The translations under genes and the position numbers were made by a program. From Eledone cirrhosa (lineage: Eukaryota): a DNA stretch of 64,000 bases. Below are positions 39,630 to 54,942 of this stretch, one piece after another. Each line of letters begins with the position of its first letter. Position 1 is the stretch's first letter. The stretch is from positions 1,426,001-1,490,000 of the forward strand of contig OZ024764.1 of the NCBI GenBank assembly GCA_964016885.1, written 5' to 3'. A model generated the notes under the pieces. That model did no database searches and had not been told where the DNA came from. It saw nothing but the letters and a program-made list of their open reading frames with translations.

Positions 39630-41539
39630 TATGTATATTGTATTTTCACAGTAAAGGCTTTACCTCACATAATTATCTCACATAACATTCACATTACTCT
39701 ATATATACTATTGTATTTTCACAGTAAAGGCTTTACCTCACATAATATCTCACATAACATTTACATTACTCTATATATACTATTGTATTTTCACAGTAAA
39801 GGCTTTACCTCACATAATATCTCACATAACATTTACATTACTCTATATATACTATTGTATTCTCACAGTAAAGGCTTTACCTCACATAATATCTCACATA
39901 ACATTTACATTACTCTATATATACTATTGTATTCTCACGGTAAAGGCTTTACCTCACATAATATCTCACATAACATTTACATTACTCTATATATACTATT
40001 GTATTTTCACAGTAAAGGCTTTACCTCACATAATATCTCACAACATTTACATTACTCTATATATACTATTGTATTTTCACAGTAAAGGCTTTACCTCACA
40101 TAATATCTCACATAACATTTACATTACTCTATATATGCTATTGTATTTTCACAGTAAAGGCTTTACCTCACATACTATCTCACATAACATTTACATTACT
40201 CTATATATACTATTGTATTTTCACAGTAAAGGCTTTACCTCACATAACATTTATATTACTCTATATATACTATTGTATTTTCACAGTAAAGGCTTTGCCT
40301 CACATACTATCTCACATAACATTTACATTACTCTATATATACTATTGTATTTTCACAGTAAAGGCTTTACCTCACATAATATCTCACATAACATTTACAT
40401 TACTCTATATATACTATTGTATTGTCACAGTAAAGACTTTACCTCACATAATATCTCACATAACATTTACATTACTCTATATATACTATTGTATTTTCAC
40501 AGTAAAGGCTTTACCTCACATAATATCTCACATAACATTTACATTACTCTATATATATACTATTGTATTGTCACAGTAAAGGCTTTACCTCACATAATAT
40601 CTCACATAACATTTACATTACTCTATATATACTATTGCATTTTCACAGTAAAGGCTTTACCTCACATAATATCTCACATAACATTTACATTACTCTATAT
40701 ATACTATTGTATTGTCACAGTAAAGACTTTACCTCACATAATATCTCACATAACATTTACATTACTCTATATATACTATTGTATTTTCACAGTCAAGGCT
40801 TTACCTCACATAATATCTCACATAACATTTACATTACTCTATATATACTATTGTATTGTCACAGTAAAGGCTTTACCTCACATAATATCTCACATAACAT
40901 TTACATTACTCTATATATACTATTGTATTGTCACAGTAAAGGCTTTACCTCACATAATATCTCACATAACATTTACATTACTCTATATATACTATTGTAT
41001 TGTCACAGTAAAGACTTTACCTCACATAATATCTCACATAACATTTACATTACTCTATATATACTATTGTATTTTCACAGTAAAGGCTTTACCGCACATA
41101 ATATCTCACATAACATTTACATTACTCTATATATACTATTGTATTTTCACAGTAAAGGCTTTACCTCACATAATATCTCACCTAACATTTACATTACTCT
41201 ATATATACTATTGTATTTTTACAGTAAAGGATTTACCTCACATAATATCTCACATAACATTTACATTACTCTATATATACTATTGTATTGTCACAGTAAA
41301 GGCTTTACCTCACATAATACCTCACATAACATTTACATTACTCTATATATACTATTGTATTTTCGTAGTAAAGTCTTTACCTCACATAATATCTCACAAT
41401 ATCTAATCTATGAGATTTTGATATTATTTATTTTAAGGACAACACCTTAACATTAGTATGAGTGGCCAGTTACAGCTGGTTTGAACTGAAAGAGGTCAGA
41501 GAATTCTTGAAGGATATGGCTGGTTTAGATACTAAAGGG
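39630..41539 (+). repeat. 72-bp satellite (to ~41400) plus a piggyBac-like MITE terminus
   Basis: Ends tagatactaaaggg|TTAA (41540-41543). Confidence 0.9.
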
Positions 41540-41714
41540 TTAAATCGACCCCAGTTCATTATTGGTAAAGTCGTGGGTGTTTTACGGACACCCCTTCTTT
41601 GCACTTTTTAATATTTTACTATTTATTGAAACCTCTGAGGAAGGACCAATGTCCAAAACATTCAGACTCTTTCTGTACTATATCATGAGCTAAACTAATA
41701 TATATGCGTGAGCG

Positions 41715-43100
<1,386 letters not shown>

Positions 43101-43270
43101 AGATAAATCTACCAAAATATATGGTAGTGTCCAATTCGTATGAAGAACTCAACGTAATCCAAATATCATGAAAAGAGAAGATGTATTCAAAATTTTTTCG
43201 ATGAAAAACACAGGAAAGCAGAGTCAAGATAAATTAATAAAAATAATTTATTTTTATTAATTTATGTATA

Positions 43271-44555
43271 TCATCATCATCATCATCTTCGTTTAACGTC
43301 CATATTCCACGCTCGCATGGATTTGGACGGGAGTTTTCCCACTTGAGGCAAGAGTGGTTGTCTTGCTCGCATAGGACTGTCTGGTGGGTTTTCTACGGTT
43401 GGATGCCCTTCCTAACACCAACCACATTTACAGTGTGGAACTGGGAGGTTTTTACCGTGTTACCTACACGGCCACATTACAGCGTGGACTGTGTGTTTTT
43501 TTGTCGTGACACCTACACGACCTCATTTGTTTCGGGCTGGATGTTGTGGTACCAACATAACTTTACATTGAAAAGGGTGGTGTGGATGGGGTGGGGTAGT
43601 GGGACGGGGGATGTATTTTGTTAGAGGTGCCTACTGACTGTAGTAGGTTTCACTTTGCACTTAGGTAAGGCGGGTTTTCTGTGTTACTGTGTAGCGCCAA
43701 AGATCTCGGTCCAGTGACATTGTCTTGGAGAGGTGTAAGTGTGTGAGGTCGCAATTTATCAGCTCGTCCCAGGTTTTTCTGGGTCTGCCTACTCCGTGGC
43801 TACCGTCTATTTTTATCGCCCTGCACTTTTTTTATACAGCTGTCGTCTTTCATGTGCATCACGTGACCATACCAACGTAGTCTTCTCTCGAGTAAACAAC
43901 ATCTGATTCCTCTTATTCCTAATTTCTCCCTTAGTTCATTTATGCTTTGCTTTTCACGTATATTACAATTACATATCTAGCACAGCATGCAAGCTTCGTT
44001 CCTCTCCAGTCTGCGTATATCCTCTGCACACAATGCCCAGGTCTCACTGCCATGCAACATTGCTGTTCGTATGCAGGCATCATACAGCCTGCCTTTCATT
44101 TTTAGAGAGAACCCTTTTGTGGCCAACAGCGGTATAAGCTCTCTGAACTTTTTCCATCCCGTTCTGACTCTAGCTACTGTACTTTCAGAGCACCCTCCCC
44201 CACTGCTGATTTTATCGCCCAGGTAACGGAAGCTGTCCACTATTTCTATAGAACCCTCTGCGCAATTGAAAGAGCTAGTATTTTGTGGGCACTTGCTGCT
44301 ACTTATTGCACCAGAACACCGGCCACATATAATATCTATGTTCTTAGTTAGCTTACCTGTGATCCCACCACATCTTTTATGCACCCTTACTTTGCATTTG
44401 GGACATAAAACGGAGTTTCTGCCTACTCCTTTCCTACACAATGAGCATGGCCATTTCCCTGAGGGTACCTGCGCCCTATTTTCCTTTCTACAAACTAGAA
44501 CTTTAGTCTGAGACAAGTTAACTTTAAGGCCTTTTGATTCTAGGCCATGCTTGGC
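43271..44555 (-). mobile_element. 5'-truncated RTE-clade LINE
   Basis: [25 protein letters not shown] insert, [14 protein letters not shown]; (GAT)n tail. Confidence 0.9.
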
Positions 44556-44634
44556 ATATGTATATGTATATGTATATGTATATATATATGTATGTGTGTG
44601 TATATATACATTTGCATATATATGTGTATATATG

Positions 44635-44666
<32 letters not shown>

Positions 44667-44670
44667 CATA

Positions 44671-44746
<76 letters not shown>

Positions 44747-44942
44747 GGAACGAGTAAGACCCCGACGGCTGAGCTCAAGCCGTTTCGACGGCTAATTCTG
44801 TACTCAGTACAGAATTAGCCGTCGAAACGGCTTGAGCTCAGCCGTCGGGGTCTTACTTGTTCCTATTACCCACTCTACTACCCTAAGTATTGAGTACTTT
44901 GGTGCGTTATGGTCCACCTGGTTCCTTACCACTTTTCCTTTG

Positions 44943-44944
<2 letters not shown>
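44747..44944 (+). mobile_element. (TA)n-flanked ~200-bp element with a 117-bp palindromic head
   Basis: 58-bp arms with 1 mismatch, centre at 44805; second copy at 56623-56814. Confidence 0.85.
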
Positions 44945-45002
<58 letters not shown>

Positions 45003-45350
45003 GAATAATCGAGTATCGAAAAATCGGCGCACGAGTTCACGATAAACAAAATTCGATATGAGCGGCAGAGTGCTCCATAATTTAGATAAATCAGAGCTAT
45101 AACTATCGTTAAAATACCGTCACACACAGAACAAGTCTATAATCAACCATACGATCGAAAATTTGCGATCCGGAAGATTCGGGACACTCAGATAACAAAT
45201 CAATAAATCAATAAATTAAATGAATGTAAAAATATATATAAAAGTAGCGAAGCAAGAGGTTATTAAACAATTTTCCAGATAAATTAAAAAATGATTAAAT
45301 AATCACCTTTTCAGACACTGTTACCAACGGTTTCATGGCGTGGAAATAGG

Positions 45351-45431
45351 GCTGTCTGAAGATTCATTTCTTTCCATTGGAAATTCGTTGGATTTTCAAT
45401 CTTTCGGAATGATGAAACCGTTGGTAACAGC
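45351..45431 (+). ncRNA. Type-I hammerhead ribozyme motif inside a ~100-bp inverted repeat (45237-45511)
   Basis: gctgt-CTGAAGA-stem II-GAAA-cc gtt gg-TA-acagc. Confidence 0.75.
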
Positions 45432-45612
45432 ATCTGAACAGGTGATTATTTAATCATTTTTTAATTTATTTGGAAAATTGTTTAATAGCCGCTTGCTTTG
45501 CTACTTTTATATTGTTCTGGTATCTCGAATTAGTGCCATTGAGCCACATGTATTATAAACAACTTGAATATTTCTACAGGCACATTGTACCTGTTGAAGT
45601 ATCCATCCACTT

Positions 45613-46500
<888 letters not shown>

Positions 46501-46594
46501 ACCACTATTTCTCAATCCATCCATCTCCCTATATATGAATGTCTTTCAATCTGTCTGTCTGTCTCCATTGTAGTAAAAGATACTGTTTACAATG

Positions 46595-46905
46595 AGAGCT
46601 GACATGAGAGAGAGAGAGAGGGTGAGGGGGGGGGCTGACATGAGAGAGAGAGAGAGGGTGAGGGGGGGCTGACATGAGAGAGAGAGGGGGTGAGGGGGGA
46701 TTACATGAGAGAGGGGGGAGAGCTGACATGAGAGAGGGGGCGAGAGAGGGGGGGCTGACATGAGAGAGAGAGAAGGGGGAGGAGGGCTGACATGAGAGAG
46801 GGGGGGAGAGAGAGCTGGCATGAGAGAGAGGGAGAGCTGACATGAGAGAGAGAGAGGGGGAGATGACATGAGAGAGAGGGAGAGAGAGAGCTGACATGAG
46901 AGAGG
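46595..46905 (+). repeat. Purine-rich minisatellite (gctgacatgagagag..ggg)n
   Basis: ~10 copies of the tgacatgag core. Confidence 0.85.
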
Positions 46906-46975
46906 GGGTGGGGGAGAGGGGGAGAGTTGTTCTTCAGATACCATGAAACGACAGCAGCAACTGCAGCAGCAGTAT

Positions 46976-47012
<37 letters not shown>

Positions 47013-47093
47013 TGTAGTAGCAGTGGTTTTTTTTATTGTGGTGATAGTGATGATGATTATGATTACATTGTCTGTTTCCTACTCCAAAATATG

Positions 47094-47859
47094 ACACACC
47101 ACCACCACCACCTCCACACAACAACCACCACCACCACCACCTCCACCTCCACTACACCACCACCACCACCACCTCCACACAACAACCACCACCACCACCA
47201 CCACCACCTCCACCACCATCACCACCAGCACATGACAACAACCATCACCACCAGCACATGACAACCACCACCACCACGACAACCACCACCACCTCCACTA
47301 CACCACCACCACCACCACCACCAGCACACGACAACCACCACCACCACCACCACCAGCACACGACAACCACCACCACCACGACAACCACCACCACCTCCAC
47401 TACACCACCACCACCACCACCACCACCACCACCAGCACACGACAACCACCACCACCACGACAACCACCACCACCTCCACTACACCACCACCACCACCACC
47501 ACCACCAGCACACGACAACCACCACCACCACGACAACCACCACCACCTCCACTACACCACCACCACCACCACCACCAGCACACGACAACCACCACCACCA
47601 CCACCACCACCACCACCAGCACACGACAACCACCACCACCACGACAACCACCACCACCTCCACTACACCACCACCACCACCACCACCAGCACACGACAAC
47701 AACCACCACCACGACAACCACCACCACCTCCACTACACCACCACCACCATCACCACCAGCACACAACAACCACCACCACCACCATCACCACCAGCACACG
47801 ACAACAACCACCACCACCATCACCACCAGCACACGACAACAACCACCACCACCAGCACC

Positions 47860-47890
<31 letters not shown>

Positions 47891-48375
47891 CCACCACCAC
47901 CACCACCACCACCACCACCACCAGCACATGACAACCACCACCACCACCATCACACCAGCACACAACCACCACCACCACCAGCACCACCACCACCAGCACA
48001 TGACAACAACCACCACCACGACAACCACCACCACCTCCACTACACCACCACCACCACCACCACCAGCACATGACAACAACCACCACCACGACAACCACCA
48101 CCACCTCCACTACACCACCACCAGCACACGACAACCACCACCACCACCATCACCACCAGCACACGACAACCACCACCATCACCACCAGCACACGACAACC
48201 ACCACCACCACCACCACAACCACATGACAACCACCACCACCACCATCACACCAGCACACAACCACCACCACCATCACCACCAGCACACGACAACCACCAC
48301 CACCACCACCACCACCACCACCACCACCACCACCACCACCACCAGCACACGACAACCACCACCACCACCACCATT
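47094..48375. repeat. (CAC)n tract with recurring cagcacacgacaac motif
   Basis: Direct inspection. Confidence 0.9.
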
Positions 48376-48397
48376 AACCGATGATAATATGGAAATA

Positions 48398-48830
48398 TGG
48401 GGCTAGTGGTAAGGGTGTTGGACTTACTATCATAATGTCGTGGGTTCAATTCCTGGGTTGTGTGTTGTGTTCTTGAGCAAAACACTTCACTTCACGTTGC
48501 TCCAGTATACTCAGCTGAAAATGAGTACCAGTAATAGCTGGGGGTTTAACCTTGTGATGGACTGGTGTCCTGTCCAGGGGGAGTCTTGTACTCTCCGTCA
48601 CTTCATGCCATGAAACCAGGACAGGCTCTGGCCTGAAGAGCTTCCGGTCTCGAGACTTTAACCTGGGATAGACTGGTGTCCTGGGTGGAGGAGACTTGTT
48701 CTCTCAATCAGTTAATACCATAGATAAGCCCCAGACTGGTGAGCCTCTGGGCTTGAGACAGACTGTGACAGACTGGTGTCCTGGGGGGAGTCTTGTATTC
48801 CCAGTCACCTCACTCCCCGGAAACTGGGTT
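48398..48830 (+). mobile_element. SINE family C
   Basis: A box tagtggtaagggtgttgg, B box gggttcaattcc; body matches the reverse complement of 10760-10980. Confidence 0.8.
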
Positions 48831-50330
48831 AAAGTATTTATAGTTATCTAAAGACCTTCCATCATAATTTTATGTAAGAACCTTTGTTAAGTTATGTTCC
48901 AAACACCAACAGTGTCTGTCATTAGAAATATGGTAATGAAAGGATTAAAGTGTTTATATTTATCTAAAGCCCTTCCATCATAATTTTATGTAAGAACCTT
49001 TGTTAAGTTATGTTCCAAACACCAACAGTGTCTGTCATTAGAAATATGGTAATGAAAGGATTAAAGTGTTTATATTTATCTAAAGACCTTCCATCATAAT
49101 TTTATGTAAGAACCTTTGTTAAGTTATGTTCCAAACACCAACAGTGTCTTTCATTAGAAATATGGAAATGAAAGGGTTAAAGTGTTTATATTTATCTAAA
49201 AACCTTTCACCATAATTTTATGTAAGAACCTTTGTTAAGTTATGTTCCAAACACCAACAGTGTCTTTCATTAGAAATATGGTAATGAAAGGGTTAAAGTG
49301 TTTATATTTATCTAAAAACCTTTCACCATAATTTTATGTAAGAACCTTTGTTAAGTTATGTTCCAAACACCAACAGTGTCTTTCATTAGAAATATGGTAA
49401 TGAAAGGGTTAAAGTGTTTATATTTATCTAAAGACCTTCCATCATAATTTTATGTAAGAACCTTTGTTAAGTTATGTTCCAAACACCAACTGTGTCTTTC
49501 ATTAGAAATATGGTAATGAAAGGGTTAAAGTGTTTATATTTATCTAAAAACCTTCCATCATAATTTTATGTAAGAACCTTTGTTAAGTTATGTTCCAAAC
49601 ACCAACAGTGTCTTTCATTAGAAATATGGAAATGAAAGGGTTAAAGTGTTTATATTTATCTAAAGACCTTCCATCATACTTTTATGTAAGAACCTTTGTT
49701 AAGTTATGTTCCAAACACCAACAGTGTCATTAGAAATATGGTAATGAAAGGGTTAAAGTGTTTATATTTATCTAAAGACCTTCCATCATAATTGTATGTA
49801 AGAACCTTTGTTAAGTTATGTTCCAAACACCAACATTGTCTTTCATTAGAAATATGGTAATGAAAGGGTTAAAGTGTTTATATTTATCTAAAGACCTTCC
49901 ATCATAATTTTATGTAAGAACCTTTCTTAAGTTATGTTCCAAACACCAACAGTGTCTTTCATTAGAAATATGGTAATGAAAGGGTTAAAGTGTTTATATT
50001 TATCTAAAGACCTTCCATCATAATTTTATGTAAGAACCTTTGTTAAGTTATGTTCCAAACACCAACAGTGTCTTTCATTAGAAATATGGAAATGAAAGGG
50101 TTAAAGTGTTTATATTTATCTAAAAACTTTCCATCATAATTTTATGTAAGAACCTTTGTTAAGTTATGTTCCAAACACCAACAGTGTCTTTCATTAGAAA
50201 TATGGTAATGAAAGGGTTAAAGTGTTTATATTTATCTAAAAACTTTCCATCATAATTTTATGTAAGAACTGTTGTTAAGTTATGTTCCAAACACCAACAA
50301 TGTCTTTCATTAGAAATATGGTAATGAATG
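48827..50330 (+). repeat. 116-bp satellite (~13 copies); most units end in gtaatgaaaggg|TTAA
   Basis: aaacaccaac at 48901, 49017, 49133... Confidence 0.95.
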
Positions 50331-50354
50331 TGTCTGTCTATGTGTGTATATATA

Positions 50355-50708
50355 TATAATAATAATGAAATTATTGTGTAAAGTGCTCAGGTGCACTACA
50401 ACTCGTCAATATAGTACATAGAATAATACACAAATGTCAGGGAAGTACATGTGTGTATGTGTTAGCTGTAGTGTTGGCGGATCTCGGGAAGCATGGAGTC
50501 CTTAAAGGATGCAGTGTCTCGACAGCTAACAACTGATGCAGGTAGTTTGTTCCATGCTTCAGCAACTCTGAGCGTGAAAAAATGTTTCCGAAAGTCATGG
50601 GAACTGTGCTGTTTTCTTACTTTGTGGGCATGTCCACGTGTGTTAGACACATGGAAATCAAAAAGGTACTCAGGGTTGTTGTTGGCAACATGGTTAACAA
50701 TTTTGTGG
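50355..50708 (-). mobile_element. CR1/L2-type LINE 3' end
   Basis: TRGH..K..RKHFFTLRVAEAWNKLP..VV..FK C-terminal motif; (TTA)n tail. Confidence 0.8.
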
Positions 50709-50723
50709 GTGAAATATATAATT

Positions 50724-50832
50724 CCAATACTGGAATTGAACCATCAAGACAGTCGAGGTATGTCATACATCAATTCATGTATTTTATCTGATGAGGACGT
50801 ACTGAAAAAACAGGACAGTACCTTCGAAATAT
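50724..50832 (+). mobile_element. pLTR-like hammerhead unit, left half (right half at 52544-52602)
   Basis: Near-identical to 53244-53412 but split by the RTE insertion. Confidence 0.8.
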
Positions 50833-52543
50833 CATCATCATCATCATCATCACCGTTTTACGTCCGTTCTTCCATGCTAGCATAGGTTAGACGGGTTATC
50901 CTGTTGTGGGCAGTGTCTGGTCGGCTGACCATGCCTTGCTCATACAGGAACTGATTTGGCTTGATTTCTACAGCTGGATGCCCTTCCTAACACCGACCTC
51001 ATTTACAGTGAGTGCTGGGTGCTTTTTCCGTGGCGCCTACACGTTCACTTTACAGTGTGGGCTGGGTGCTTTTTTGCAGTGGTAGGGTGTGGGGGCATAT
51101 TGTCTATATGCTTCAGCTTGTACCCATGGGAGGTCGGGTACTCTGTATTACTGCATGACGCCAGAGGTCACGGTCATGTGTCATCGCCTTTGAGAGGGAC
51201 AACTGGGTTAGGTCAGCCCCTATCACCTCATCCCAGGTCTTCTTGGGTCTCCCCACTCTACGGCTTCCATTGACTTCTAGTGCTTGGCACCTTTTTATGC
51301 AGCTGTCATCCTTCATACGCATCACATGTCCAATGCAACATCCTCACCTGCACACAGCATTTGATTCCTCTTATGCTCAGTCTCTCTCTCAATTCATTTA
51401 TGCTTTGTCGTTCGCGTATATTATTATTACACATCCATCGGAGCATGCAGGTTTCGTTTCTTTCTAATCTACGTAAGTCTTCCACCTTCAGCGCCCAGGT
51501 CTCACTACCATGTAACATTGCTGTTCGGATACACGCATCATACAGTCTGCCTTTCATTTTGAGGGAGAAGCCTTTTGAAGCTAGCAGTGGCAGTAGTTCC
51601 CTGAACTTCTTCCATCCCGTTCTTACTCTAGTTATTGTACTTTCTGAACACCCACCTCCGCTGCTAATTCGGTCACCTAGGTAGCAGAAGCTGTCTACTG
51701 TTTCTACAGAGCCCTCCCAGAGATTGGTGGTACTTGTTTCCTGTGGCTGTTTGCTGCTTGCTGTCCCAGCACAGCTGCTGCATGTGAAGCCTACATTCTT
51801 AATTAAGCTTCCTGAGATCCCGCTACATCTCTTGTGTACCCATTGTTTGCATTTGGGGCAGAGAATGGAGTTCCTACCTACACCTTTCCTACATACTGAG
51901 CAAGGCCATTTCCCTGAGGGGATCTGGGTTCTGTTTTCTCGTCTACTTACAAGGACCTTAGTCTTTGTCATGTTGACTTTGAGACCCTTTTTTTCTGGTC
52001 CCTGCTTCCAAGTTTGGAATTTCTTCTCTAGATCTACCATAGATTCAAGTGCAAGGTCATCAGCATACAGGAGTTCCCATGGGCATCCGGTCTTAAACTC
52101 CTCCGTTATTGCCTGCAGGACTATGATGAACAGGAGAGGGCTAAGAACAGAGCCCTGGTGGACACCAATCTGTACTCTAAATTCCTCGCTATACTCATTG
52201 CTAATCCTAACTTTGCTGACTGCTCCCCTATACATGGCTTGTACCGCTTCCACAAGCCATTCATCTACTCCTAGTTTTCTAAGAGCCCACCAGATTATAG
52301 CACGTGGAACTCTGTCAAAGGCTTTCTCGAGATCGACGAATGCCAAGTAGAGTGGCTTACTTTTAGCTAGGTACTTTTCCTGTAACTGCCTCACAAGGAA
52401 GAGGGCATCAGTGGTGCCTCTTCCTGGTACAAACCCAAATTGCATCTCATCTAGTTTCACCTGGTCCCTAATCAACTGTGCTATAACTCTTTCTGTTACT
52501 TTCATGACCTGGTCCATCAGCTTTATACCTCTATAGTTTCCTC
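50833..52543 (-). mobile_element. 5'-truncated RTE-clade LINE (RT domain to 3' tail)
   Basis: NYRGIKL, QFGFVPGRGTTD, FVDLEKAFDRV, GVHQGSVLSP, YADD, GSETW; (GAT)n tail. Confidence 0.93.
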
Positions 52544-52681
52544 ATATAATAAAACATATATTTTGATTATGTGAATGTCTTCATTTATTATTATTCTGAA
52601 TAATATATATATATATATATACACACAAACATATATATACATAAATATATATACATATAGAGATACATACATACACACACA

Positions 52682-52749
<68 letters not shown>

Positions 52750-52765
52750 CAGATACATACACACT

Positions 52766-52855
<90 letters not shown>

Positions 52856-52858
<3 letters not shown>

Positions 52859-53085
52859 TAATAAGAGGAATTCCAACTTTGATTTACTTGTTTTATTTAC
52901 AATCCTTTAAAATTTATAATGGTATTATAATGAAATAGTATGATAGAATATTAAATTCTAAGTGTTAATTAATACTTAGAATTTAATATTCTACCATACT
53001 ATTTCATTATAATACCATTATAAATTTTAAAGGATTGTAAATAAAACAAGTAAATCAGACAAAGTTGGAATTCCTCTTATTAATA
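52856..53085. repeat. ~230-bp near-perfect AT-rich palindrome adjoining (TA)n
   Basis: Arms of ~113 bp, centre ~52968. Confidence 0.9.
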
Positions 53086-53131
53086 TAATCTTCTATACAC
53101 AATCATACACACCCGTGTATATTTATCTATC

Positions 53132-53198
<67 letters not shown>

Positions 53199-53301
53199 AT
53201 CTGTATATATGTATCTGTTGAGATATGTTGTAATAAATCACTGCCAATACTGGAATTGAACCATCAAGACAGTTGAAGTATGTCATACATCAATTCATGT
53301 A

Positions 53302-53363
53302 TTTTATCTGATGAGGACGTACTGAAAAAACAGCACAGTACCTTCGAAATATATATAATAAAA
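53302..53363 (+). ncRNA. Minimal type-I hammerhead ribozyme motif
   Basis: ttttat-CTGATGA-ggacgtactg..cagtaccttc-GAAA-t atat a-TA-ataaaa. Confidence 0.8.
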
Positions 53364-53407
53364 CATATATTTTGATTATGTGAATGTCTTCATTTATGAA
53401 TATTCTG

Positions 53408-53478
<71 letters not shown>

Positions 53479-53479
53479 A

Positions 53480-53695
53480 ACGATCGACTTTCGTCAAATC
53501 GGACCGAGGGAACAATGTTTCCGTTGGTCTTTCCAATTGCTAATACTATCTATCGGTCGCAACTCCAGGTAGAAGGAGCAACGTGAAATAAAGTGTCTTG
53601 CTCAAGGACATAACGCACCGCCTGGTCCAGGAATCGAACTCACAACCTTACGATTGCGAATCCAATTCTCTAACCACTCAGCCACACGCCTTCAC
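53480..53695 (-). mobile_element. tRNA-headed SINE
   Basis: tggctgagtggttagag..gagttcgattcc; ccttgagcaagacactttatttcacg core. Confidence 0.75.
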
Positions 53696-53721
53696 TATAT
53701 ATATATATAAATATATAAATA

Positions 53722-53791
53722 CTCCATAACCAAAGGTTTCTGGATCACAGACGATAATAATATATACGCCTGGATTGTTCATCAGACAGAG
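53722..53791 (-). ncRNA. Hammerhead ribozyme motif with degenerate stem II
   Basis: ctctgt-CTGATGA-...-GAAA-cc ttt gg-TT-atggag. Confidence 0.6.
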
Positions 53792-53896
53792 ATATTTTAT
53801 ATATATATGTATATATATGTGTGTGTCTGATGGTAGCTAAGATGCTTCCATAGGCGGTATGCCAGTTGAGCACTCTATGTTCTTACAGAGCAGAGT

Positions 53897-54202
53897 ATGA
53901 TATAATATAAAACGAAAAATCAGTGATGCATCTGAACTCAATTTATTGTGTGTTACAATAGTTGGTCAGATTTACGATGACATAGAAAAGCAGCAGCCAA
54001 TAATGGGACGCGCCAAGAGGATGTTTTTGACGCTAACACCCCAGTGAAAGAATTTGCTCCGAAAGCATTGGAAGTATCCGACGAGCCCGCAGGTCTACAG
54101 TCAGACAGATCCACACAATGATCGCGTCTCGAGCTGTCTGCCGGCGAAACAACTGTAACACAATAAATTGAGTTCAGATGCATCACTGATTTTTCGCTTT
54201 AT

Positions 54203-54208
<6 letters not shown>
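53897..54208 (+). mobile_element. Fold-back pLTR-like unit with a degenerate hammerhead (54074-54161)
   Basis: ~55-bp inverted arms; gtat-CCGACGA-gcccgcag..ctgccggc-GAAA-c aact g-TA-acac. Confidence 0.6.
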
Positions 54209-54260
<52 letters not shown>

Positions 54261-54548
54261 GGAGGTGTACAATAAAGCAATGCAGATATCGGATAAGAAG
54301 CACTCTACAGTTTGTGGGACTGGAGTATACATAATATATAAGAACATCTCTCCTCCTATCTCATCCTTCCTCACTACACTCCTCCCTCTCCACCTTCACT
54401 CTCATCTCCTCCTCTTTTTTTCATCCCCCCCCCCCCTAAATAAATATTTTTCCCAATATCACACATCAATCTAAAACTACTTCTCATATGTTGATTTAAA
54501 ACTGAACTATCAACAAGTGTTTTTTAGCCTTCATATCATGTCCTCCTG

Positions 54549-54615
54549 TTTTATCTGATGAAAACACAAATATTATTGCATGATGATATTTGTTTTTGAA
54601 ATGCGCATAATAAAA
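54549..54615 (+). ncRNA. Minimal type-I hammerhead ribozyme motif
   Basis: ttttat-CTGATGA-aaacacaaatat..atatttgttttt-GAAA-t gcgc a-TA-ataaaa. Confidence 0.82.
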
Positions 54616-54711
54616 TACATGGAACTCCTTTAACCATCTTTTGTTCTTATATATATATATATATATATATGATATTAATAAATGGAAACTATATTTATAA
54701 AACCATATTTA

Positions 54712-54772
54712 TTTCATTATACATATTTCAAGGATACCAAGTTAAATTATGGTATGCCTTCATCAGACAAAA
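54712..54772 (-). ncRNA. Hammerhead motif in the left arm of inverted repeat 54671-54983
   Basis: ttttgt-CTGATGA-aggcatacc..ggtatcctt-GAAA-t atgt a-TA-atgaaa. Confidence 0.75.
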
Positions 54773-54881
54773 TACAATATATATCAGCTTTACAAATAAG
54801 CATTGACGTACCCTTTCAAAATGCGACCATTACTTTTGGAGGACATCAGGAGAGTTATTTGTAAAACTGATATATATTGTA

Positions 54882-54942
54882 TTTTGTCTGATGAAGGCAC
54901 ACCATAATTTAACTTGGTATCCTTGAAATATGTATAATGAAA
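54882..54942 (+). ncRNA. Hammerhead motif in the right arm of inverted repeat 54671-54983
   Basis: ttttgt-CTGATGA-aggcacacc..ggtatcctt-GAAA-t atgt a-TA-atgaaa. Confidence 0.75.

Noticed and set aside
48398-48460. tRNA gene candidates (also ~9040, ~53620-53695, ~60920-60986)
   Set aside because: A and B boxes are present but continue into SINE bodies; no complete cloverleaf evident
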